Virus record (IMG/VR): IMGVR_UViG_3300028392_000029
Span: 1-64,000 of that record
Reading direction: 5' to 3' (one strand)
Length of the DNA: 64,000 nt
The notes below the pieces were generated by a model. It was not told the origin of the DNA. It saw only the letters and a program-made list of their open reading frames with translations, and did not search any database. The position numbers were made by a program, and so were the translations under genes. Below are positions 7,342-15,435 of this stretch, piece after piece. Each line of letters opens with the position of its first letter. Within the stretch, counting starts at the first letter, position 1.

Positions 7342-8205
7342 ATGAGCAGGATTATTAATGCAATGGATTTGGTATCAACTAAAAGCCTAGAGCAAGAAGC
7401 AGTGAACAAAGTACTTACAGAAACAGATGAGCAGATCATGAAGCGTCTTGCAGATCGCTTTGAGATCCTGGAAGACATGACACGTGCCGTTAAGAAGGGC
7501 GATGTCAAGGCTATGATCGTTACAGGCCCTCCAGGCGTGGGCAAGAGCTTTGGTGTAGAGAAGGTCTTAGCCAAACACGATGTGTTCGCTAACGTTGCGC
7601 AAGACGGCAAGTTGAAGAAGTATCAAGTGGTCAAAGGCGCTATGAGTGCGCTGGGCTTGTACTCAAAGCTGTATGAATACTCAGACAAGAAGAGCATCCT
7701 AGTGTTCGATGACTGTGATAGTGTATTGCTTGATGACCTTAGCCTGAACATCCTGAAGGCAGCATTGGACTCAGGTAAGAAGCGTATGATCCACTGGAAT
7801 ACAGACAGCCGCTTGCTCAAAGATCAAGGTGTGCCCAACTCATTCGAGTTCAAAGGCGGTGCTATCTTTATTACCAACATCAAGTTCGAGCACGTTCGTT
7901 CAAAGAAGCTGAAGGATCACTTGGAAGCTATTGAGTCACGTTGCCACTACTTGGACCTCACGATCGATACAGAGCGTGAGAAGCTACTCCGTATCCGACA
8001 GGTTGTACGTGATTGCGGCATGTTGGACGAGTACGAATTGGACGAGTTTGCCACCAATCAAGTGGTAGACTTTGTAGCCAACAATGCCAAGAAGATGCGT
8101 GAGTTGAGCTTGCGTATGGTCCTGAAGATTGCAGACCTGCGCAGAACATTCCCGGACAAGTGGGAAGCTGTAGCAGAAGTAACATGTATGCGTGGCGCTC
8201 GCTAG
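7342..8205 (+). CDS. AAA+ family P-loop ATPase
   Basis: Walker A GPPGVGKS, Walker B ILVFDDCD, sensor-I FITN, Arg finger AIESR. Confidence 0.85.
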   Translation: MSRIINAMDLVSTKSLEQEAVNKVLTETDEQIMKRLADRFEILEDMTRAVKKGDVKAMIVTGPPGVGKSFGVEKVLAKHDVFANVAQDGKLKKYQVVKGAMSALGLYSKLYEYSDKKSILVFDDCDSVLLDDLSLNILKAALDSGKKRMIHWNTDSRLLKDQGVPNSFEFKGGAIFITNIKFEHVRSKKLKDHLEAIESRCHYLDLTIDTEREKLLRIRQVVRDCGMLDEYELDEFATNQVVDFVANNAKKMRELSLRMVLKIADLRRTFPDKWEAVAEVTCMRGAR

Positions 8206-8366
8206 TGCATACAAGTAAGCGGGCCTAGACCCGTAGCAGTAAGAACATGCCCAACGATTCGCTCCCGGCAAGCATGTTCAACTAAGAAACCAAGCCCGCA
8301 AGGCACAGTTTCTTTGCCCTAGTCCAGTAAGCCCGATTCGCTCCCGGCAAGACTAGGGCTTTTTTT
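8206..8366 (+). ncRNA. putative structured sRNA / 3'UTR RNA with two anti-RBS loops
   Basis: Hairpins GAACATGC/GCATGTTC, AAGAAAC/GTTTCTT and GCCCTAGTC/GACTAGGGC+T7; 18-mer CGATTCGCTCCCGGCAAG at 8255-8272 and 8334-8351. Confidence 0.65.
8316..8366 (+). terminator. intrinsic terminator with an unusually large loop
   Basis: 9-bp GC-rich stem followed by TTTTTTT. Confidence 0.7.
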
Positions 8367-8368
8367 GG

Positions 8369-8397
8369 TTGACAGTTTGGGCTAAGTCTAGTACAAT
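8369..8397 (+). promoter_or_regulatory. sigma70-type early promoter
   Basis: TTGACA-N17-TACAAT. Confidence 0.8.
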
Positions 8398-8423
8398 TGA
8401 CACATACACACACAGGAGCGCAC

Positions 8424-8756
8424 ATGTTACAGACTACAGAACTAGACACTAAGCCCGCAGGGTTCTATGCCTATGCTGCCGCTAGAGATGCCAGCATGCG
8501 TAGCTATGCCGCTAGCACAGGCTACACACTAGCAGAGCGCACTAGGGCACAGCGTACACTGCTAGGCTTAGAGCTAGCATACACGTCTACAGCGCAGTAC
8601 ATCACATACCGTAAGAAGTTCGTAGTAGTTAAGCTAGAGAACGCTCGTGTACGCGACCGTGCAAGTCTTAGGGCACTAGAGGCACAGTATGAGGCGGAAG
8701 GAATCTCAAAGACAGTTACTGCACAAGCAGTCAGCTACAGGATCCCAAAAATTTAA
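8424..8756 (+). CDS. hypothetical protein
   Basis: GGAGCGCA RBS; ATG at 8424. Confidence 0.7.
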   Translation: MLQTTELDTKPAGFYAYAAARDASMRSYAASTGYTLAERTRAQRTLLGLELAYTSTAQYITYRKKFVVVKLENARVRDRASLRALEAQYEAEGISKTVTAQAVSYRIPKI

Positions 8757-8940
8757 TTTCTCGCTGGGGGGTGGGGGGCATATAAACAAAATGACTGTTG
8801 CAAAAATGCAACAGCGCATGCAAAATTCACCCATAGGTGCAAAATCACCAGGCTGAATCTATAAGTACTTGTTTATAATTTTTTACGCGGACGAAATTTT
8901 GACCCCACAGGACCCATTCGGCCCAGCACACAGGTTCAAA

Positions 8941-9240
8941 TTATACGGGTATTCCCCATGTGCTTGAGGCATTTTCTCCCACACCAATCACACAGGCTGT
9001 GGCACTAGTGTACTCAATCAGAGTCCATGCGCCAGTTTTAAGATTCACAGTCAGCACAGTACGGGTGCCCGCAGTGGCGTTTGATCCCTGCCATTGCGGT
9101 GTTTCCCCAAATTCTTCCACTATGGCTTTGAACACAGTGACCGTAGCGTCGCAGGTCACAGGCTTGTTTAGAGTGCGTGGTTCTGCTGGTGCAGTGGTTA
9201 TCACACTGCATAACAATACAGTAGCTAAAAAGTTCTTCAT
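8941..9240 (-). CDS. hypothetical secreted protein
   Basis: Signal-peptide-like N-terminus; TAAATA just upstream. Confidence 0.65.
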   Translation of the reverse strand: MKNFLATVLLCSVITTAPAEPRTLNKPVTCDATVTVFKAIVEEFGETPQWQGSNATAGTRTVLTVNLKTGAWTLIEYTSATACVIGVGENASSTWGIPV

Positions 9241-9406
9241 ACGGTATTTATTCAGCTAAGTACATGATATGCGTACTCTATACACTCTCTCAGCTCTACT
9301 GCCATTAGACTACTCTGCGAGCTAAGTATTTTCACCATGGGGCGGCTGCTAAGTACTTGGCAAAAATTTTTTGCGCTGCCGGCTCCGCCGTTATCCTGAT
9401 ACCCTT

Positions 9407-9940
9407 ATGAACCTATCTCCCTTTATACGCGGCTACACTATCAACACTGATCTATGCGATCGGTTGGTCGCTGCCAGTGAGCGTATTGAGTTTACTTCAG
9501 GTCCCAAGGCCTATACACACTGCATGTTGGATCAGTTTGACCAGGATCTACGTGACAGTTATGTTCATGCACTGTTTGCCGCAGTAGAGCAGTACAAAGC
9601 AGAATTTCCCTGGTGCTATCGTGAGATCAATCGTTGGGGACTGTATCCCTTGATTAAACTACAGCGTTATAGTCCCGGACACTACTATGCTGAATGGCAC
9701 TGCGAAAATGGGGGAAACATGCACGGGGATAATCTCCTGCGGCACTTGGTATTCATGACCTACTTGACGGATTGTGAAGTTGGAGGCGGTACTGAGTTTC
9801 TCTATCAGGATCTACAGGTCCAACCCCAAAAAGGACTTACCTTGATATGGCCCGCAGATTGGACACATCATCACAGGGGTATTCCTGCTCCCACAGCGAC
9901 CAAGTTGATCGTTACAGGGTGGTTTACCTTTGCTCCCTAG
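9407..9940 (+). CDS. 2OG-Fe(II) oxygenase (prolyl-4-hydroxylase-like)
   Basis: WHCE, MTYLTD, GGGTEF, WPADWTHHHRG, KLIVTGW. Confidence 0.85.
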   Translation: MNLSPFIRGYTINTDLCDRLVAASERIEFTSGPKAYTHCMLDQFDQDLRDSYVHALFAAVEQYKAEFPWCYREINRWGLYPLIKLQRYSPGHYYAEWHCENGGNMHGDNLLRHLVFMTYLTDCEVGGGTEFLYQDLQVQPQKGLTLIWPADWTHHHRGIPAPTATKLIVTGWFTFAP

Positions 9941-9995
9941 TCTCGCTGTATAAATACACTTATAAAGAGCTTGAGCTCGATTATTGGAGAACATT

Positions 9996-10289
9996 ATGGC
10001 CGGAGTATTAGTAATTTTTAAACGTCAGCGTCAATCAGCTAGCGTACCTTGGTTCCAGCCTATCCCGGAATACAAAGAACAAGAGTTGGCCACTTTAAAG
10101 GGCTACGGCTCCGGGGTTGGAATAGAGTATTTGACCTATATAAGAACAGTGTATTTTGCCACCCTAGCTGACTACACAGAATGGGCCAATTCGCCTGCCG
10201 TTATAGCTCTATCTGAGGCACGCCGCAAATATCATGAGTCAGTGGGCATTGATGAATTCAAAGAAGTAGTTAGCCTAACAGTAGTATAA
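9996..10289 (+). CDS. hypothetical protein
   Basis: TATAAATA at 9949-9956 and GGAGAA RBS. Confidence 0.65.
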   Translation: MAGVLVIFKRQRQSASVPWFQPIPEYKEQELATLKGYGSGVGIEYLTYIRTVYFATLADYTEWANSPAVIALSEARRKYHESVGIDEFKEVVSLTVV

Positions 10290-10330
10290 TAATTTCGCAG
10301 TCACCCAGCCCAGCTGGTTAAATATCCATT

Positions 10331-11191
10331 ATGCAACTACTACCGATATACCCAGAATGGGCCACCCAAGTACAGGTCACTTGGGAAGAAGCCATGGCAG
10401 CAACTCCCGAATTCTGGAGTCAGCTGGTCTTAGACCGTAATCTTATAGTTATACAGGGCTTGGGCAATCAATTGGCCGACGCAGAGTTTTATCAACTAGG
10501 TCAAAAATTTGGCCGAGTGTGGGACCAAACAGACTACAAAAAGCCCGTGGTCAGCAACGGATTTGACCCCACCCTAGCCGACCGAACTGGTGCTACGCCT
10601 GTGAGCTATTTTAAAAGCAACAACAATCATTTTGGTGCTGGCTACATGGACTATCATGCTGACATGGTGCATATTGGAGCCAACTCATATCCCGGGCGAC
10701 TACTCTACATGGTCAACAACACCACTGATGGCTCGGGGCAGACTGCTTGGCTCAATCTAGAACTAGGTTGGAGTTTGCTCACTGATGAAGAACAGGCTCA
10801 GTACAGTGACTGCTGGATTTGGATGCACGACATGTACATACCGGAAACTAGAGTTGAACGCTTGCCCTTGCTCAAAACCAATCCCAAAACCGGACGAGTA
10901 AGCCCCACACTGAACTGCAACTATATGGGCCCACATACTCGGGCCTGGATCAATCATGTGGAACGCAATGGACAACAGCTGAGCTGGGCTGATTCTACCC
11001 AGTTTATCACTGAGCTGTATCAACTGCTAGAAAGCCGTGCCAATACTGTCTATTGGCACAATTGGACCCAAGGTGATATCATAGTCTACGACAATTGGTT
11101 CAATGTGCATAAACGACTAGCTGTGGTTGATGCCAGCACAGCAGATGGCCGAGGTCGACTGCTCAAACGCTTGACCTTTAACTTCCGTTAA
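10331..11191 (+). CDS. TauD/TfdA-family 2OG-Fe(II) dioxygenase
   Basis: YHAD motif, WTQGDIIVYDNWFNVHKR, RLLKRLT. Confidence 0.85.
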   Translation: MQLLPIYPEWATQVQVTWEEAMAATPEFWSQLVLDRNLIVIQGLGNQLADAEFYQLGQKFGRVWDQTDYKKPVVSNGFDPTLADRTGATPVSYFKSNNNHFGAGYMDYHADMVHIGANSYPGRLLYMVNNTTDGSGQTAWLNLELGWSLLTDEEQAQYSDCWIWMHDMYIPETRVERLPLLKTNPKTGRVSPTLNCNYMGPHTRAWINHVERNGQQLSWADSTQFITELYQLLESRANTVYWHNWTQGDIIVYDNWFNVHKRLAVVDASTADGRGRLLKRLTFNFR

Positions 11192-11841
11192 CCCAGTATA
11201 TTTTTACTCTCGGGTCGAGTTTTAACTAGATCTTCTGCTGCCAGATCAAAGAAAAAGTTACCGGCTATACTGACCCTGAGCTCATCACTAGAGTAAAATG
11301 GCATGACTGAATGATTCAAGGCACTAGGGAATATGCATAGTACGCCGCGCCAGTCTTTGTATGAATTTAACATTTCACAGGCCTGTTGTCCTAGTGCGTT
11401 GGTATAGTGAAATGCAAACTGACCCGCATAGTTGACTTCTGGTGGTACATAGGGTCTTGCCGCAATTTCACTTTCACGAGTATATGGTACATTGAGCCAA
11501 ATTACCCAACTCATTACTCCACCATGTGAGTGCATGTTATAGTACTCATGCTTGCTCATCCAATTGACCCAGACCTGATCTAGTTTTAGGCTACGGCCAT
11601 GCTCTAATACCCGCAGGCTGTGTGGATAGCCATAGGTCATGTTGTAACTTTTGATACGTTCGCCAATGGCCCGTTCTAGGTGTGGCACTGTGCGCTTTAA
11701 AAATCCCTTGTGATTGACCAATCCATTGGGTGTATTAAAATCCATTGTTTCACGTATTTCTTCTACTTCTGCCTCTACAGCTTTGATCAGTTCTTCATCC
11801 ATTTGCCACAGATGATAGCCGATATTTTTAAATTCTTGCAT
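11188..11841 (-). CDS. putative 2OG-Fe(II) oxygenase (TIGR02466-like)
   Basis: WVN, HSH..SWVIW, IFPSALNHSV, RVSIAGN. Confidence 0.8.
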   Translation of the reverse strand: MQEFKNIGYHLWQMDEELIKAVEAEVEEIRETMDFNTPNGLVNHKGFLKRTVPHLERAIGERIKSYNMTYGYPHSLRVLEHGRSLKLDQVWVNWMSKHEYYNMHSHGGVMSWVIWLNVPYTRESEIAARPYVPPEVNYAGQFAFHYTNALGQQACEMLNSYKDWRGVLCIFPSALNHSVMPFYSSDELRVSIAGNFFFDLAAEDLVKTRPESKNILG

Positions 11842-11842
11842 G

Positions 11843-12292
11843 TTAACCTTTAGGTCGTGAGTAGTATTTGTAGTTCACCGTGGTTTCGTTGGTCTTGTGT
11901 ACACTAGCACCATTCTTTAGGTGAAAACGTTCAGCCATTTTAGTTTGCGGGCTTAGGGTAACAATATTTTCAACTTCTTTGTTTGTTCCCAAGATCCAAG
12001 CCGCTGCCTGCTTGATCAGTTCGGCACCTGCACCTGGAGCATAACTCCAAATGGTATAGAACACTGCGGTGTTGTGTTCCTTGCCCATATTGACCAAGTC
12101 TTCTTCACTGGTTGGTATGTCACTTAGCCATTGCATACAAGTGGCGGCTAGGATTTCTTCTCCGGCTTTGAGCACAAGAATTTGTGCGGCTTCGTTGATT
12201 CGCTGTTCAAGCGGAATGTGCGGACGTACAGGGTCGTCTTTGATCAATCGAACTAGGGGGTCTGTGATGTCTGTGATGTGGTGTAGTTCCAT
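11843..12292 (-). CDS. conserved hypothetical protein, possible GNAT-like fold
   Basis: DDPVRPHI, FYTIWSY..GAG, AERFHLKNGA. Confidence 0.6.
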   Translation of the reverse strand: MELHHITDITDPLVRLIKDDPVRPHIPLEQRINEAAQILVLKAGEEILAATCMQWLSDIPTSEEDLVNMGKEHNTAVFYTIWSYAPGAGAELIKQAAAWILGTNKEVENIVTLSPQTKMAERFHLKNGASVHKTNETTVNYKYYSRPKG

Positions 12293-12326
12293 GATTTATA
12301 TTAGTATTATATACGTACTTATCTAA

Positions 12327-12917
12327 TTAGTCAAAAATCTTGTTAACAGTATGTCTGTAAATAGTGTTAAATGCCAAACTAACTCGGCGATCAGTTTCAT
12401 TGTTTCTACTGCTATGAGATAGCCAACTTGGAAACAACAATAGTCTTCCGGTAACACATTCTGTTGTGATAAAGTTAGCATTGTAAAAATTAGGTGTTCG
12501 ACTGTGTTCAAACATGCGCAGTTGTTCTAACGGCGAGTGCAGATCTAAGCCAACACTGCCAGGTTCTACGTCTACATAAAATACACCACTGCACACACTA
12601 AGTTCGTGGCGGTGATATTCGATCCTGTCACCTCGACCTAGATTGTTTACCCAACTGTTGGTGATCATAAGTTCATCACAGCCCATTGCACTGGCCCAAC
12701 CGTCTACACATTCTTGTAGTCTATCAGCTAGTTCTTTAACAATGGGATCAGCTAAGATTCCCTTGTCACGACCACTATAGCTACTGGCCGCTACTTTACC
12801 GTGTTGCTTTAGCGGTGTGGCATCTATAACTTTTTTCAGTTGAGCCAGAGCATGATCATTTGGTAAATCGTACTCATGTATTACTGTTGGGAATAGTAAT
12901 ATTTGTTCTGGCGTCAT
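12327..12917 (-). CDS. putative 2OG-Fe(II) oxygenase (TIGR02466-like)
   Basis: HRH..SGVFY, LFPSWLSH, RVSLAFN. Confidence 0.8.
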   Translation of the reverse strand: MTPEQILLFPTVIHEYDLPNDHALAQLKKVIDATPLKQHGKVAASSYSGRDKGILADPIVKELADRLQECVDGWASAMGCDELMITNSWVNNLGRGDRIEYHRHELSVCSGVFYVDVEPGSVGLDLHSPLEQLRMFEHSRTPNFYNANFITTECVTGRLLLFPSWLSHSSRNNETDRRVSLAFNTIYRHTVNKIFD

Positions 12918-14365
12918 AGTTCATCGCCGGGCAGATTGTTAAGTAATTCTCGTAGTTTACTACTGGCTACCTCGGCTTTGATTTTCGGCTTGCCTAGATC
13001 AAACCCTTCTTTAGGAGTAGCACGTTCCCAGCCAGTGCCAGCGGTATCTTCACTGACAGTTTGACGATTCTTAATTGAGTTTAGCAAGCTACTTCCAGCA
13101 CTTTGACTGTTGTGATTACCATAACCGTCTTCTTGCTCGCAGTCAGTAATACGCAGACTATCAATGTTAAACTCTAGATCAATCTTCATACCGACACCAC
13201 TAGATGAACGTGTCTTCATCAACTGAATTTGATAGCGTCCACGCTCACGCATAGCTCTACTGGTAAAGATGCCAAACACATTATCCGCAGTTTGAATCTT
13301 AGATAGTCCGCCTGAAATATGACTGTGATCAAACTCAACTTCTTCAACAGCACCGCGATTCAACTGCGCCGCAGTGACAAATACACAGTTCTTTTCCATG
13401 GCCAAGTTACGTAATTCTTCACTTACATACTTGTCCTTGACAAACAAGTTTTCTGCTGAAATCTTCTTGCCCATTGGCATCAACAAGTCCAGGTAGTCAA
13501 CCAATAGTACATCAACTTTACGTCCTAGTTTGATTTCATATTCTTTCAAATACGCACGGATATCATTTGTAGTTTTACCTGATGGCATATACTTGATCTG
13601 ATACGTGCCAGACTTCTTACCTACCATTTTGACCTTCATCTCAACGTCGTCTAAGTTCTTAAACACATCTTTAGTGGCCATTCCTGTTACCATAGCATCC
13701 ATACGCATGGCAACAAGTTCTTCACTAAGTTCTAAGGTTAAGTAGACTACATTCATACCTTTTTCTGCAAAGTTGATACCTAAGTTGGCTAGGAATAATG
13801 ACTTGCCTGCACCTGAGCCGCCAGCAAAAATGTTAAGTTCACCTCGGTTAAAACCACCAAACAGTTTATCATCAACACTTTTCCAACCAGTAGATACCTG
13901 TCCGTTTTTATCTTTGATCTTCATTAATCGAGCACGGGGATCCAACCAGTAATCTGTGCCTAGGTCACGTTGCAATCCTACTTGTACAGCCAATTTGATC
14001 TTTTCTTCTACACTGCCGTATTCACCTTTTTCAAGTAAGTCGGCACTTTCTAGAATGGCTTTTTCTAAGCCTTTATGTCGAATAAATGTTTCAAAATCAT
14101 TCAACAACCAATCAAAATGCTCATCACGCAAGTCATGGGGTACCTTAAGATTTGTACCAGTGGCAGCATTAATAATTTCTTCTGTGGGCACTACATTATG
14201 CTCTTCAATATACTGACTCATAAATTCAGCCGCAGTCTGTAGTTTACGGTCAAACAGAGTATGGTCAAAGATACCCTGACATCTGCTAAATGTAGCCGCG
14301 TCGGCTAGCATCATTTCTAAATATACTTTTTGTATATCGTATCCGTAATCTGTATTTTGTTTCAT
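12914..14365 (-). CDS. replicative DnaB-like helicase (T4 gp41-like)
   Basis: Walker A GGSGAGKS, TLELSE, VDYLDL, AQLNR, MKTR. Confidence 0.92.
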   Translation of the reverse strand: MKQNTDYGYDIQKVYLEMMLADAATFSRCQGIFDHTLFDRKLQTAAEFMSQYIEEHNVVPTEEIINAATGTNLKVPHDLRDEHFDWLLNDFETFIRHKGLEKAILESADLLEKGEYGSVEEKIKLAVQVGLQRDLGTDYWLDPRARLMKIKDKNGQVSTGWKSVDDKLFGGFNRGELNIFAGGSGAGKSLFLANLGINFAEKGMNVVYLTLELSEELVAMRMDAMVTGMATKDVFKNLDDVEMKVKMVGKKSGTYQIKYMPSGKTTNDIRAYLKEYEIKLGRKVDVLLVDYLDLLMPMGKKISAENLFVKDKYVSEELRNLAMEKNCVFVTAAQLNRGAVEEVEFDHSHISGGLSKIQTADNVFGIFTSRAMRERGRYQIQLMKTRSSSGVGMKIDLEFNIDSLRITDCEQEDGYGNHNSQSAGSSLLNSIKNRQTVSEDTAGTGWERATPKEGFDLGKPKIKAEVASSKLRELLNNLPGDEL

Positions 14366-14383
14366 AGTTGTATTATACGCTAG

Positions 14384-15325
14384 TTAGACTTTTATTTCAA
14401 TATGTTTGACAGGATCCCATCGATAATCCCATACTCGTTGTTTAGTGTGGTACAATACTGCACCGATACTTGAGCTAGGATCACCGGGATTGGGTAGGCT
14501 CCAGCGGTACTTGAATCTGGGCTCTACAAACTTTTTATTAGCGGTACTATTCATAGCACATCCGCCCATGTAAACCAAACTATCTGTATCAATCAGCTGT
14601 TTAGCTTTGAGCATAACAGCTGATACTTGATCTTCAAACACCTGTTGTACTGCGGCCGCAATGTCACATTGATCTTGCAAATTACCGATAGGATAAGGCC
14701 AATCTAAAACTCCCCTATGCAGGTTGCGAGTTAGTTTGACTGTGTAATCTATGTAACTCGTAACCTCAGTCAAATATCTTTTAGGATCACCTTGTTCACT
14801 CATTTGTTGTAGCAAATATTCTTGTTTGATAGGCTCTAGTCCTATTAACTTTGTGAACGCACTGTAAAATAATCCTAAGCTATGTGGATAACTTCGACTC
14901 CACACTTTGGTCATTTCACCGTGTAGCCCTTGCCATATGGAAGCACATTCAAATTCTCCGATCGCATCGAGCACAACAATCGCACAATGATTAAACGGAC
15001 TTGTATAATAGCCAGCGGCAGCATGACTAGCATGATGAGGAGTATAAGAAATGTTTGCATATTTGAATTGTCGCAGGTGATGTTTTGGTAATGTCGACAT
15101 GTCTAATGCTGTTGAATATTGTCCAGCATATACCTGTCTTGCTTTTTTGATCCACGGACGCTCGTACCAAAAAATGCGATCCGGACTTCCATAATTTAGT
15201 GCTGGAACAGTCTGACGACTTGATAGCTCGTCTTCTGCGCTAGTAGTCTGCGATATCAGTTTACCCTCTTTGAATACAGCAAGACTGGAGCCGTGATTAA
15301 GAGCGTTTATCCCCCAGTGTATCAT
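14384..15325 (-). CDS. carbamoyltransferase, N-terminal (Kae1-like) domain only
   Basis: WGINALNHGSS, HHASHAA, LDAIGE, SLGLFYS, GGCAMN, PGD. Confidence 0.8.
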   Translation of the reverse strand: MIHWGINALNHGSSLAVFKEGKLISQTTSAEDELSSRQTVPALNYGSPDRIFWYERPWIKKARQVYAGQYSTALDMSTLPKHHLRQFKYANISYTPHHASHAAAGYYTSPFNHCAIVVLDAIGEFECASIWQGLHGEMTKVWSRSYPHSLGLFYSAFTKLIGLEPIKQEYLLQQMSEQGDPKRYLTEVTSYIDYTVKLTRNLHRGVLDWPYPIGNLQDQCDIAAAVQQVFEDQVSAVMLKAKQLIDTDSLVYMGGCAMNSTANKKFVEPRFKYRWSLPNPGDPSSSIGAVLYHTKQRVWDYRWDPVKHIEIKV

Positions 15326-15435
15326 TTGTAGATAAATGGATCACGTTTCTGTAATTCTTTGATACGTTTTTTCCACTCACGATTTTCCTTCCATTTTCGC
15401 CAGGGGGTTAATAAAAAGTCTATTATTTTTTTCAT
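15322..15435 (-). CDS. 37-aa basic peptide (not in ORF track)
   Basis: MKKIIDFLLTPWRKWK...RDPFIYK*, overlaps both neighbours by ATGA. Confidence 0.6.
   Translation of the reverse strand: MKKIIDFLLTPWRKWKENREWKKRIKELQKRDPFIYK

Noticed and set aside
8255-8351. Two 18-bp direct repeats as a mini-CRISPR or att sites
   Set aside because: Only two copies, both in hairpin loops; no cas or recombinase gene; better explained as RNA loops.
354-8423. Early array as integron cassettes or CRISPR
   Set aside because: The repeated unit is a promoter/leader, not an attC (GTTGAC does not fit GTTRRRY and there are no paired L/R boxes) nor an identical repeat with constant spacers; no integrase or cas genes.
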